A stretch of DNA of 64,000 nt from the human T2T-CHM13v2.0 reference genome, Homo sapiens: NCBI GenBank assembly GCA_009914755.4, contig CP068257.2, positions 9,664,001 through 9,728,000 on the forward strand, given 5' to 3'. Numbering within the stretch: position 1 is the first letter of the stretch; each line of letters starts with the position of its first letter. The notes beneath the pieces are model-generated. The model searched no databases, had not been told where the DNA came from, and saw only the letters and a program-made list of their open reading frames with translations. Below are positions 27,961 through 39,972 of this stretch, piece after piece. The position numbers were made by a program, and so were the translations under genes.

Positions 27961-28753
27961 TGTCTTAGTTGTATTTTTTTAAACAACATTCAAAGACCTA
28001 CGAAATAGGACAGGGAACTTGTATTTAGACTATACTGTCTAAATGCAACTTATTTATGCTAGTTATTTGTGTGTTATAGAGAATATAGTGATATTGATAT
28101 ACTTTAAGTCATTTATGTACATCGGGAAGAGGAAAAAAAAAAGTTACCCAATTCAATGGAAGTCAAATGAAGAAGCAGAATAGAGCTACCAGAAAAACAT
28201 GATAAGAGTTAAAGAAGATGGGAGCTCAAAGAGGAAAACTATCACTGAATTTGGGGAACTTCTCCTTGCAAGCCAAGTTAACTTTTGTTCAGATAGAATT
28301 CTCAGATGAAAAAAGACAGAAATTATAGTCTATGGCTGACAAAATATAGAGAGTCTGCCCAGAGACTTTTGCTATTCTAAGCTAGAATCTTAAGGTTAAT
28401 ACACTTCAATGAAGGAGAAAACAAGAACCAACTCTTGAGCATACTTGAAGTCTGGGACCAAATCTGAGTTGTTCAGATACTCATATTTTCACCCTGATTT
28501 AAGATGATCTGATATGGGTAATGCTTGCATAATCAAAACTTCTGGAGGAACTTATCTCCATAGTAGACAACAAGGTAATCTTAAACTATCCTGACACTAA
28601 TTGGGTGTATAAACTTGGCCAAGTCATTTTTCCCTTTGAGTCTCAGTTTCGTCAACTGTAACGTGAATATGAAAGTAACTAACTTGTAGGTCTGTATTAA
28701 AAATTAAGTCAATTATTTTGGTAAATCAGTTGTATGCAATATAGCGTACATGA

Positions 28754-28830
28754 GAGAGAGAGAGAGAGTTTGTGTGCATGTGTTTAGAGAGAGATGGAGA
28801 GAGAGACACACATACACAGAGAAGAATCAG
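28754..28830. repeat. (GA)n-rich simple repeat
   Basis: The tract gagagagagagagagagtttgtgtgcatgtgtttagagagagatggagagagagacacac is directly visible. The track ORF 28726-28923 overlaps it. Confidence 0.85.
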
Positions 28831-28939
28831 TATATTGTTAAGGATAACAACATCTAGAAACAAATCGACAGACAAGAAAAACAATTTAAGTAATAGAATT
28901 TTCAGACAGAAGTTAAAGAACAAAACATATGCTTAAAGA

Positions 28940-29470
28940 TGCCCACAGGAAAATACAAATATGATCATGGTAGATTTAGAAAGGAAATACCTGCTAGAAG
29001 TAACAGAGAACTACAGGAAAATTAATGAAGTGCAGTAGGAAGAAAGAAAATAAATTATTGAAGAAAAGTTTCAAGATACAAAGGATAGAATTAAACATTA
29101 ATATATGTCTAAACTTTACCAGGAAAAGAGAGACAAAGGCAATAACTAAGGAAATAATAGAGAATGTTTTTAGTACTGATTGAAGACAGATAAGCAGATT
29201 TAAGCAGGTCAACAAATTCTGAGTGGAGTAAGAAAAGTACAGTGAAGAAAACAAAAGACAAAGCCAAAATTCTGTAAAGCAACCTGAAAATAAGGCTTAT
29301 TACCATTAAATAACAACATTTCAGTCTATAGAAACTTACATCCTAGGAGAGGGAATACTTTAAATAAAAAAGTAATGGATGAAAGGAGAAAAATTCCATC
29401 AAGTGGGATAACTGTGATCCATAAAGAAGTAGCAGGTGAGATGGGGAGTAAAAAAACAAACATATATAAA
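28940..29470 (+). mobile_element. Probable ancient L1 (L1M) ORF1-region fragment
   Basis: An A-rich coding-like strand (aaggaaataatagagaatgttt..., aaagcaacctgaaaataaggctt...) resembles the ORF1 region of old mammalian L1s. The match is weak. Confidence 0.35.
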
Positions 29471-30365
29471 TCCTCTTATTTTATATATTAGAGCTCAATT
29501 TTATTCCCATCTTTGATAATCCAAAAATTATACACTGATCAATATATCTGTTCTAAATGTTAAGATTCCAACAGGTAGATCATGTCTCTCAAAATGTGTT
29601 GCACATTGCCTCAACTGGAGGTTCATGATGCATATTAAAATAAGAAAGGCTTAGAGAATTCTTACAGCAAGGAAAACAATGTAAGTTTATTTAATTTAGT
29701 GTTTTAGCTACATATTTAATAATTATTTTAGGTAGGCAGTTGTTTAAAGACAATAGAAAATACTTGGAATTTAAAGCAAGCAAAAATGAATGTGTTGGAA
29801 AAGCACAACGCAGCTCTTAGAATTGAAAAAAAAGTAGGTGAACCAGGCTCAGGCAGGAATCAGAGAGCAAGTCAGAACCAATATCAGAAAAAGGAAGTTC
29901 TGCTTTTCATGTGGCTATTGTCCTGTCAGTCATGACCGCTGGCCACTGCCAGCAAAGCATGCACAGGCATTTTCTGGAATGCTGCTGGGCTCTGCTTTAG
30001 CTTGTCACTTCCCACTTTACCATTGGATTCCAAAAATCTATCCATCCGACAGGAATAATTTCAGACTCTCTGCCTACTTCTTACCTTGCAAGGTTAAAAA
30101 TGCAAGGAATGAGTGGCTATTCTTGGGTCTCTGGTTTACATTTTAGCCTCCAGGTGGTGGGAAGAGAAAAATCTACTCACAAACAGCTTCAAAACGGAAA
30201 GGCCCTATATTGGCATTCCTACATAAAAGAAAGTACTGGGGGGCTTGACAAATGGACATTTGCCTTCAAAGAACACATATTCTCCTTTAGACAAAGTTTG
30301 CACTTATATAGCACAATTAACCTACTTCTTATCAATCAATAAAATGAAGAGACAATTACAGAACA

Positions 30366-30915
30366 GGATAAGGTGTTTGCAAACTATGTATTCAACAAGG
30401 TTTAATATCCAGAATATATAAGGAACTCAAAAAACTCAATAGCAAAAGAAAAAGTTGATTAAAAAATGGACAAAAGAAGACATACAAATGGCCAAAAAAT
30501 ATATAAAGAAATGCTCAACATCATTAAGCCTCAGAAAAATGCAAAACAAACCCACAATGAGCTATTACCTTACCCCAGTTTAAATGATGAATATTATCAA
30601 GAAGACAAAATATAACAAATGGAAACGATAATGTGGAGAAAGAGGAAAGTTATACACTGTTGATGGGAATATAAAATAGTATAGCTGTTATGAAAAGCAG
30701 TATGGAGTTTCCACAAAAAATAAAAAAGAGAACTATTATATTACCCAGCAATCCCACTACTGCGTACGTAATAAAAAAAAAAATGAAATTAGTATGACAA
30801 AGAGACATCTGCACCCAGGGATATTGAAGCATCATTCAAAATAGCCGTGATATGGAATCTGCCTAAATACTCATCTAACAACAAATGGATAAAGAAAAAG
30901 TGGTGTATAAATGTA

Positions 30916-30958
<43 letters not shown>

Positions 30959-31195
30959 TTATCATCTATCTATTTATCATCTATCTATCCACCCCTCCAG
31001 AACAATATTCAGCCATAAAATGCTGTTATTTTTAGCAATGTGGATGAAGTTGGAGGACATTTTGTTAAGTGAAATAAGCCAGGCACAGAAAGACGCACTG
31101 CATGATCAAATTCATATCTGGAGTTTTAAGGATATGGAGAAAGATGTTAGGTTTTTTCCTTGTGTGGACAATATTTAAAATTATTATATTTGGAG
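30366..31195 (+). mobile_element. LINE-1 3'-end fragment (older L1P/L1M type) containing an internal STR
   Basis: The run ...tatccagaatatataagga..aaaaatggacaaaagaagacatacaaatggccaa...atgctcaacatcat...gaaaaatgcaaaacaaacccacaatgag...cactgttgatgggaatataaaatagtatagc...acccagcaatcccactact...aaatggataaagaaaaagtggtgtata / ...ttcagccataaaatg...gaggacattttgttaagtgaaataagccaggcacagaaag parallels the L1 ORF2 C-terminus and 3'UTR. Confidence 0.85.
30915..30990. repeat. (TATC)n tetranucleotide STR (~12 pure units plus degenerate units)
   Basis: The tract tatctatctatc... is directly visible. It is embedded at the tatacacaatgg position of the L1 above. The track ORFs with SIYLSIYL are its translation. Confidence 0.95.
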
Positions 31196-33477
31196 AGATA
31201 ACTAGAATACTCCTGCCAACTTAACTATGACCCATTGAATTGCTCTGAATTATAAATCAGATACTCTGAATTAGCACTTCACTACCATTTTTAAATCTAC
31301 AGCATTTATGTAAATTAATAACTGCTGTAGAGCATACTACTCATGGCTGAAAAAAGTGACCTGATGATTCGAGCTATCTAAGACTCACCTGATGTCTAAC
31401 AGCACTAAGGATCAAGCTATCACCTCTCCCTTAACACATCTTTCACACCAGTGTGCTAGAGCAGATAGCTGAAAAGTTTTCCCTAAGCCAGAGATCATTC
31501 TGACAAGGCATATGGAACAATAGAGATGTCAACATGCTTTCAAGACAAGTAACAGTAATCCTGGCTCTTAACTTGCTTTAATAATAATGAATTCTTTTAT
31601 CAAGTCCTGAGGAATGAGGGCTTCCAGGTGCCATATTTCCAGGTGCTTATCAGAATTTTTCTTTGCTGATAAGAACAATTGTTGCAGCATGCTTTGCTAT
31701 TCATATACAGAAAGACAAGAAATTTATATTCTAATAATAGAACACAAGTCCATCTCTTGCATCTGATTTAGCCAGATTAAGTCACCTTTCCACCAATATC
31801 AATCTGGAAGTGATATCATGAACTAAATGGTGTCAACCTGGGGTTTCTATTATATCTCGACAAAGAAAAAGAAGTTGCCATCATTGGCAAGGCACATACA
31901 GGATACATCTCTGTTTCGGGAGATGGGATGAGATTTCCCTGATTCTCCTACACTGCAGAGGGTAGAGGGAGGTATTTATATAATACACGGGATTTTAATT
32001 GAAGAAGCAAAGAGGAATGGATTATTGGGATTAATAGTGTTTATCCAATACAAGATGAAAAACAACATATTATTGTTTGTATTGTGATGGTTCTAGAATA
32101 AAACACATCATTTCTCTAATTTTGGTTAGATCTTTGCTGAAAGAAAAAGATAAATAAAATATCCTACAGTTTATCCATATCCATGTTCCTCTACACTAAA
32201 TATTCATCTTTGATTAGTTATTTTTAACTATATTTGATTTCTTTATAAATTACCTTTTGAAACTTTAAACACATAAAGACATTGTTTCCCCTCAAAGGAT
32301 TTTTCTTTTGCTTTCTTTTGTTTTTTTTTTATCTAAAACTTTCTTTCAAAAACAATGACTTTCATAAACTTGCAACTTGTTAAATATAGTATTTTTATTA
32401 ACATTCTAGTTTGTAACACAAGGCAAAACCTAAACACTTACCATTTATAAATAATGGGTAATACTGTTTCAACTTAACCTTGAGAATGTAGAAAAAAAAT
32501 TGAGTCCAGTCTGATAGCAGCCAAAAGATCTCAGAAACAGTAATCTTAGTGCTAGCCTGGCAGACACAATCTGCACAGAACTTAATCAAAATAAGATTAA
32601 AAGTCCATAGCAATTTCCTTGAGTGGCCAGTCAGATATCCCCCACTACAGTCACCAACCAGCCTGCCCCTGGGGCCTATTTCAGAAATAAATTGGTTTGT
32701 AGATGAGCTGATGCAGAAGAAGGAAAAAAAAATGTTTTCTTGAGACTGTACCTAAATCTTATCAAGTAATACAAGGAAGCTTCAAAGTCTTTTTATTCTG
32801 AAATGTTATTTTATTCTGCTTTATATCATCTTAAATTTATTAGTATTATATTAAATATTAGTTTATGTAAGCTTATTATTTGACTCTGTATAGGATATAA
32901 TAGATGGCATTGAATATTTAATAAGATAGCAACAGCAATAACACCTGAGAAATTGTTCAGGGAAGGATTCTATTCAGTTATTAAAAGATTTGCATACTTA
33001 TTTCACTAATATTACTCAGCAATCACAAACATTGGGTAATGCTAGACAAATCTGCAAGAGGTACTGTTATTCCAGCACCTTAAAAACATTTTTCAATCTG
33101 AAAGATACTTCTAGATGTTTTTTTCCATAACAGAGCAGATGATTTCTAAGTGTTTATATCACTGAAACTTCACAGTATTAGTGGAATATGTTATCCTTTA
33201 TACCAAAAGTAATCAGATTATTTTATAAAGCAATTATCAATTAAATATAGATTACTAAGAACATACTGTATAAAATGCCGTATGGGCTATTAATTCTGCA
33301 TGCATTGCCACATTTGATTATCTCAAAAAACCTCCTGAAATATGTATTCTTAACACACTTTTATTGAGATTATGAGTAATAAAAGTTAAAAGATTTTCCC
33401 AAAGACGTACAAGTAAAACAGGTCCTCAAATAAAGTTGTTTTGTTCAATGATGTTTCGCTATAATGTAGATGAGAAT

Positions 33478-33725
33478 AAATATTGATTCCTGGACAGGGC
33501 TACCATCTGTGTAGGGTCTGCATGTTCTCCCCACGCCTGCATGGGTTTTCTCCAGGAACTCCTGCTTCCTCTCACATCCCCAAGATGTGCATGTCTGGTT
33601 AATTGGCATTTCCCCACTGTGTGTCCCCATGTGAGTGAATGTGGTTGTGCCCTGCCATGGAATAGCATCCTGTGCAGGGTTTATTCCTGCATTACATGCT
33701 GAGTAAGAATAGGCTCTTGCCACCC
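33478..33725. other. GC-richer ~245-bp block resembling a vertebrate-wide conserved repeat family
   Basis: The motif gcatgttctccccacgcctgcatgggttttctccaggaactcctgcttcctctcacatccccaagatgtgcatgtctggttaattgg closely parallels catgttctccccgtg.ctgcgtgggtttcctccgggtactccggtttcctcccacagtccaaagacatgc, which is abundant in teleost and other vertebrate genomes. The flanks are ordinary AT-rich sequence. Confidence 0.45.
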
Positions 33726-34149
33726 GAGACTCTGAACTGGAATAATTGGGTAAATAATCATCTTACTTGTTTTTATTAATCTTTTTAAAAATGTATGTAT
33801 ACCTCACACTTATTTCAGTGTTGAATGTTTTAAGTGTTTTAGTCTTCATTTAGAAGTACAGTGATAATATTGTGACCAGAAATATGCAGTAGGAACTTAT
33901 ATATTGTTTTATCAATTGGCCTATGGTAAAATTTGTTTCATTGTTCACCATTTTGCTGATAGTTGCAGTTTCCAATAATCTACTGATATTAAATGTGGAC
34001 TTACTATGTAAACAATAGCAAGGATCCTAAATCCTAGGTTACATCTAAGTTTAAATGGCTTGACACCATGTCAGAATTGCCTTATCACCATGCTCTTATA
34101 AGTGTTTCATTTTTTAAAACAGTGCAAACTGAATTTTGCATGAGTATTA

Positions 34150-34290
34150 TCATTAAAAATTTTTTTGTTACAGATAGGATCTTGCTATGTTGCCCAGGTT
34201 GACCTTGAAGTTCTGAGTTCAAATGATCCTTTTGCCTCAGCATCCAGTGTACCTGGGACTACAACTGTGTGCCACCATACCCAGGGCTGC
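34150..34290 (-). mobile_element. Alu monomer-like fragment (FLAM/FRAM-like), minus orientation
   Basis: The segment gatcttgctatgttgcccaggttgaccttgaagttctgagttcaaatgatcc..gcctcagcatccagtgtacctgggactacaactgtgtgccaccatacccaggg is directly visible. Confidence 0.7.
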
Positions 34291-34483
34291 AGGAAAAGTT
34301 GTTACGTAAAGCAGTGATTTATGAAAATAAGACTTTATTTGGGCAACATAGAAAATGTAAACAAAAAGAGTTGCTCAACATAAAACTTACTCAAGTCACA
34401 ATTTACCTCTGACATGACATATTTCCATCCACTTCAGAAAAAAAATGTGTATACCTTTTTATTTCTTTTTTTCTTTTCTTTCC

Positions 34484-34517
<34 letters not shown>

Positions 34518-34757
34518 CGGGCTGGAGTGCAGTCACAGCTCACTGCACCTTTGAGCTCCTGGGCTAAAGTAATCTTCCTTTCTCAGCCTCTTGAGTAGTT
34601 AGAACTAAGACATGCACCACCATGTCTGGCTAATTTTTAACATTTTTTTTGTGGAGATGGAGTCTCGCTATGTTGCCCAGGCTGGTCTTGAACTTCTGGC
34701 CACATGCTATCCTCTCACCTCGACCCCCCAAAGCACTTGGATTATTGGCTCAAGTAC
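34484..34757 (-). mobile_element. Alu SINE, minus orientation, diverged, with a ~36-nt poly-T (tail)
   Basis: A long T run is followed by agacgggctggagtgcagtcacagctcactgcacc...gcctcttgagtag...catgcaccaccatgtctggctaattttt...gagatggagtctcgctatgttgcccaggctggtcttgaact. Confidence 0.85.
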
Positions 34758-37700
34758 TTAGATGTATTAACCAGGATCACAGAGAGCTTGATTTTGTAAG
34801 TTTGAGTTAGCATGTAATAACTGCAGTTGATTTTGATGCATGTATTTAATGAGAATCATTGCTTTAGACTATATGATATTTGAAACAAAAGAGCAATAGG
34901 ACTGCACGGCACAATATAAAGTCTGTTATGACATAGTGACTTTAATATATTCTAATTAAAATTATAATAGTAAAAGCTAAAAATGACAAGACAATTGTTA
35001 GAAATCATATCACGACAGCATAATCATGTATCCAGAAGTGATTGATACAATAACATGAACTGACATTTTGCTACAATATTAATCAGTTAATACAGGTTTT
35101 GAGGTTTCAGTTAACTGGTTAATCATAAAATATTATATAAAATATTATCAAATTGTTGTGTAAGTCATCTCACTGTATTCTAAAATTTATGTTATTTTAT
35201 ATTTCTAATCTGTGTTTTGCAGAGATCATGAAAATTTTAACTGGGTAACTGAAGAAGAATTGTCCCAAGGACTTGAATAAATGTTAATGTTCATAACAGT
35301 ATGTTCTAAAAAGAAATTTAAGTAAAAAAGGAAAAAACATATTTCATTTTAAAAATATCTACCCATGCACATCATTCATCTAAAAAACCCATTTACTATA
35401 ATCATCTAGTTATGTAAAGATATACCCAATAGCTACTTAAAATAGAAATATTCTATTTCATTATTAGAAATTATTATTTTAAAAGGTTGTTAAAACATCA
35501 AAAATATGCTTATTTCTAGTAACCAGAGAACACAGCAGGGTTATGAAACTTCGGATTCCTGTTTGGTTTGGCAGGTAACTAGATTAACAAAAATACGAGG
35601 TTTTGAGTTTCAAAACACAATAGCATATTTAAAAAATACTTGGTGGGAGTCTGGCAATTGAGAGACCTTAGAAGCATAATCATTGGTCTTCACAATCACT
35701 GCCAGGTACTCTTTCAAACTAGCTTGAATAACTGCAAAACACATCATCAACCCAGCTTTTTTTTGCTGGACCTGGGCATATATAAACTGATTAGATTTAA
35801 AAATAAAAAAATTAGAGTTTTTTCTGTTGTGTTTGAAGAGGTGAACCCTTGGACTCAAAATCTCTCAAAAGTCCTGTCTTTCACTTCAGAATCTGCGTTA
35901 ATTTGCACAGGAATATACTTCTGTGTTTTAATAAACACATGTAATTTTTCTGTTTTCATCTTGCAAGTAATGACAGCTTTGTTCTCAAACCAATTTTGTT
36001 TTTTATAGATTTTACCCTGATATATAATGAAGAGACAATTACATGATCTGTGTAGAAATTCTTCCTCTAAACTAAATTATACTACCTTAGAAATCTGACA
36101 TGAAAGTACCAAAACTATGTAAATTCATTTCACCAAGAAAATTATTACATAAAACAGTGATTCATGGAAATAAGACTTGATTTGGGCAACATAGAAAGTA
36201 TTAAAACTAAAAAGGAGTTGCTTGAGATAAAATTTACCCAAGTGACAATTTTACCTGTGACAAACATATTTCCATCCACTGCAGTAACAAATGTGTTTAG
36301 TTTATTAAAGTATATGTTTAACAGCAAAAAATAAATAGAATAAATTTATTATCCCTATCCAGTGATAAACACAATTTTAAAATAAAAATAAAAACATCCT
36401 GCTTATATTTGCTATACTATTTCATGCATTAGGCTAAGATATATGGTTATTTCCATGCTTTCAGGATGTGTTTAACAAATCTCTTATACATTTTCCTATT
36501 GTTGTCATTTTAATATCTTGAATATAATATTAAATAAACATTTCTACAAATAATTTGAACCTCAAAGTTTCATAAGCATCTATCCTTCAATATTTAGGCC
36601 TAAAAAGTAATCTCCATTATCTATCAAATTCTAAATTTGAACTTATTATGGTTTACTCCTACTTTTTAATTATTACTTTGGTTAAAGATACTTCATGATA
36701 TTATTAAGTTCCTTACTAATAATGTATATGGTTGTATTACATTCATTTATCCATCAAGACTAACTTTGAGCTACTATGAAATATAATTCAAATCATTCAT
36801 ATAATATCTAATGAATGATTATTATAATACAAAGCACTATACTAGGTTTCATAAGTGATACAAAAACAAGTGCAACCGCCTCAGTAACCAACACATTTGC
36901 AGTCTAATAGAGGAAAACAAGCCCTGTTATAAGAATAATTATAGTAAAAGACTATATAAAATACAATCCATTTTGACACACACACCTTCAACTCTATTTG
37001 CTAATTCTAATTTTCACTCTTCAGTTTATTTTTAGATTAAATAGTTATTTTCACAAATCAGTCTGAGGACAGAGTTTTTTGCTTTGTTTTGTTTTGTTTT
37101 GTTTTGTTTTTGTGAGTCATCAGCACTATGCAATTGCATATACCTGTCGTGTTTGGTCTACAGAGGCTAAACATCATGTAATAGTTTTTATGCATTTTGT
37201 TCATAGGTTACTGGGTGCTTTAAGGCAAAACTGAATGAGTTTCCAATAGTCCAAAACTACAAGAAATACAGACACAAAGTGCCTGGGGTTATCCTCAAAT
37301 GAAGTTAGATTTGAATTGCATTCAATAACCTTTTTTACAATGTGTAGATGCTCAAAGCAAATACAATAGTTTCTCTTTGCCTCTGTGACTTGAGTTCATA
37401 GTGTTGTGTTTAAATATAACTTTTGTAATGTCTACTTCACTGAAGAAACTTTTAAAAAAATTTGACTTATAATGGTTTTCTGTAACAACCTATGGTGCTT
37501 GGTTTGTAAAGTAAAACAGGAACTCAATTTAGTACCTACTGAATAATAACATTTTTTAACTGAGATTCCACTCATAAAGCACCTAAATGTTTAAAGTTAA
37601 AGCATATTATGTTGATATTAAATTTAAAAAGAACAAGTTAGAGAAGAAATAAAGAAAAAAAACTTCGGAGAATAAACTGCTTCCAAGTATACAAGCACTA

Positions 37701-38724
37701 AACAGGCTATACACTGGTATGCTCATTATAAATAAAAACATTCATTCATGTCATTTTATCTCATTACTACATATTTAAAATAATCTCTTATCATTATAGT
37801 AGGCCATCATTTTCCAAATAGCATCAAGAATCCTTATTTTGAAATAGTAATCAGATCATGTAGTTCTCCTGATCAGATCTCTTCACACTCTAGAATAATA
37901 TGCATACCTTCATTTTAGCTTTTAGACTTTTTTCTGATCTAGCTCTAGATTATTGTTTGATCTCATTTTTACTATTCTTCTCATTGCTCATTCAATTCAA
38001 TTTCAAGCATAATGATTTTTTGCTCTTTTTGGAATACACTAGCTTTTTGATTTCATTAGAGCCTGTACACTTCCCTCTTCCTGAAATGTTCTTCCCCAAA
38101 TTTATGTATAGCTTATTCTCTCTTTGTTCAGGGCTCAGTGTAATTGTAGATTGTTCTCTACCTTGAATATGTCTTACCCCTCATTTGACTGGTTTTCCTT
38201 CATACCAATTATTTGTATTCTAAAATATTTTATATTTTTCCATTGACTTGTTCACTGAGTTCCTTCCTCTAAAATGTAGCTTCATGAGGGCAGATATTTT
38301 GTTAAAATTGTATGCTACTGTATCACTAGAACTGAGAACAATGCCTGAACAGAGTAGCTACTCATGACTCATTGGCTAAAACAAGTTAATGAATGAGAAC
38401 AGGCAGGTAGAAAGCCAGGAAGGAAAGGAGGCTATTATATTAAGTTGAATGAGGGATTAAATGAATATAAATCAGCTGAAAGTAGCATAGGTTATGCAAT
38501 ATGCTTAATAAAGTATGTTTGTCTATTTTCGTTATGTAATCCAAAACCTGGCCAACCACAAAACTGGCTTTTTACTCACTTTCTCTTTCTTCCCTGTTTA
38601 GTGCAGCATAAAATTAGTTATTGATTTTATCTCTTAACGCTCCGCCTCTATTAGTGAAAGGATCTTCTCTTATCATATTTCCAGTCCAAAGTTCAGTGGA
38701 AACTTTTTACACTCTTACAGTCTA

Positions 38725-39972
38725 TTTGAAATCCTTATATCATAAACATACCAGCACTTATCACAGCACTATTCACAGTAGCAAAGATACTGAATCAACC
38801 TAAGTGTCCACCAATAGATGATTTGATAAAGAAAATGTGAGATGGTACCATCTCACTCCAGTTAGAATGGAGATCACTAAAAAGTCAGAAAACAACAGAT
38901 ACTGGAGAGAATGTGGAGCAATAGGCATGCTTTTACACTGTTGGTGGGAGTGTAAATTAGTTTAACCATTGTGGAAGACAGTGTGGCGATTCTTCAGGGA
39001 TCTAGAACTAGAAATACATTTTGACCCAGCAATCCCATTACTGGGTATATACCCAAAGGATTATAAATCATCCTACTCTGAAGACACATGCACACATATG
39101 TTTATCGCAGCACTGTTCACAATAGCAAAGACTTGGAACCAACCCAAATGCCCACCAATGATAGACTGGATAAAGAAAATGTGGCACATATACATCATGG
39201 AATACTATGCAGCCATAAAAAATGATGAGTTCATGTCCTTTGCAGGGACATGAATGAAATTGGCAAACATCATTCTCAGCAAGCTAACACAAGAACAGAA
39301 AACCAAACACTGCATGCTCTCACTCATAAGTGGGAGTTGAACAATGAGAATACATGGACACAAGGAGGGGAACATCACACTCCACAGCCTGTCAGAGGGT
39401 GAGGGGCTAGGGGAGGGATAGCATTTAGAGAAAGACTTAATGTAGATGACAGGTTGATGAGTGCAGCAAACCACTATGGCACGTGTATACCTACATAACA
39501 AACCTGCAAGTTCTGCACATGTACCCCAGAACTTAAAGTATAATAAAAAAGATTTCCACCTAAAGATAAGAAAATATGATGATATACACAATGGAATACA
39601 ATTCAGCCTTTAAAAATAATATACTTATGAAACATGTATTTTGGAGCAGTTTGGATGGAACTGGAGGACATTATCTTAGATGAAAGTCAGACACAGAAAG
39701 ACAGATACTGCGTGTTCTCATTTATAAATGGGAGGTAATTAATATGTTCACATGGACATAGAGTGTGCAATGATAGAGACTTGGACATGAAGACTTGGAA
39801 GAGTTGGGGGAGAGTGAGAGGGGAGTAAATGATAAGAAATTACTTAATGAGTACAAGGTATGCTTTTCAGGTGATGAATATGCTGAACATCCTGACTTCA
39901 CTATGCAACATATGGATGTAACAAAATTACAGTTGCACTCCATAAATTTATAGAAATAAAATAAAATAAATT
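38725..39972 (+). mobile_element. Older LINE-1 3' end (ORF2 C-terminus + 3'UTR), split by a nested younger L1
   Basis: The 5' part, 38725-38840, reads ...cacagcactattcacagtagcaaagatactgaatcaacctaagtgtccaccaatagatgatttgataaagaaaatgtg. The 3' part, 39566-39972, reads ataagaaaatatgatgatatacacaatggaatacaattcagcc...ggatggaactggaggacattatcttagatgaaagtcagacacagaaag...ttctcatttataaatgggag... and ends aaataaaataaaataaa. Confidence 0.8.
38841..39551 (+). mobile_element. Younger LINE-1 (L1PA-type) 3' end nested inside the older L1; ORF2 C-terminal remnant + 3'UTR
   Basis: The run agatggtaccatctcactccagttagaatggagatcactaaaaagtcag..aacaacagatactggagagaatgtggagcaataggcatgcttttacactgttggtgggagtgtaaattagtttaaccattgtggaagacagtgtggcgattcttcagggatctagaactagaaatacattttgacccagcaatcccattactgggtatatacccaaaggattataaatcat... 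ends ...cacatgtaccccagaacttaaagtataataaaaaag. The track ORF 38969-39253 (MWKTVWRFFRDLELEI...IYPKDYKS...WIKKMWHIY..MEYYAAIKNDEF) is an L1 ORF2p C-terminal fragment. Confidence 0.9.

Noticed and set aside
35640-36008. 122-aa plus-strand ORF in unique-looking sequence
   Set aside because: It has AT-rich, hydrophobic low-complexity translation and no Kozak-like start. It has no splice-signal context or codon periodicity I can see. It is consistent with a chance ORF in A+T-rich DNA.
38969-39591. 94-aa plus-strand ORF and 128-aa minus-strand ORF
   Set aside because: The plus ORF is an L1 ORF2p C-terminal fragment (..IYPKDYKS..WIKKMWHIYIMEYYAAIKNDEF..). The minus ORF is antisense to the same L1 3'UTR. 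Both are repeat-derived.
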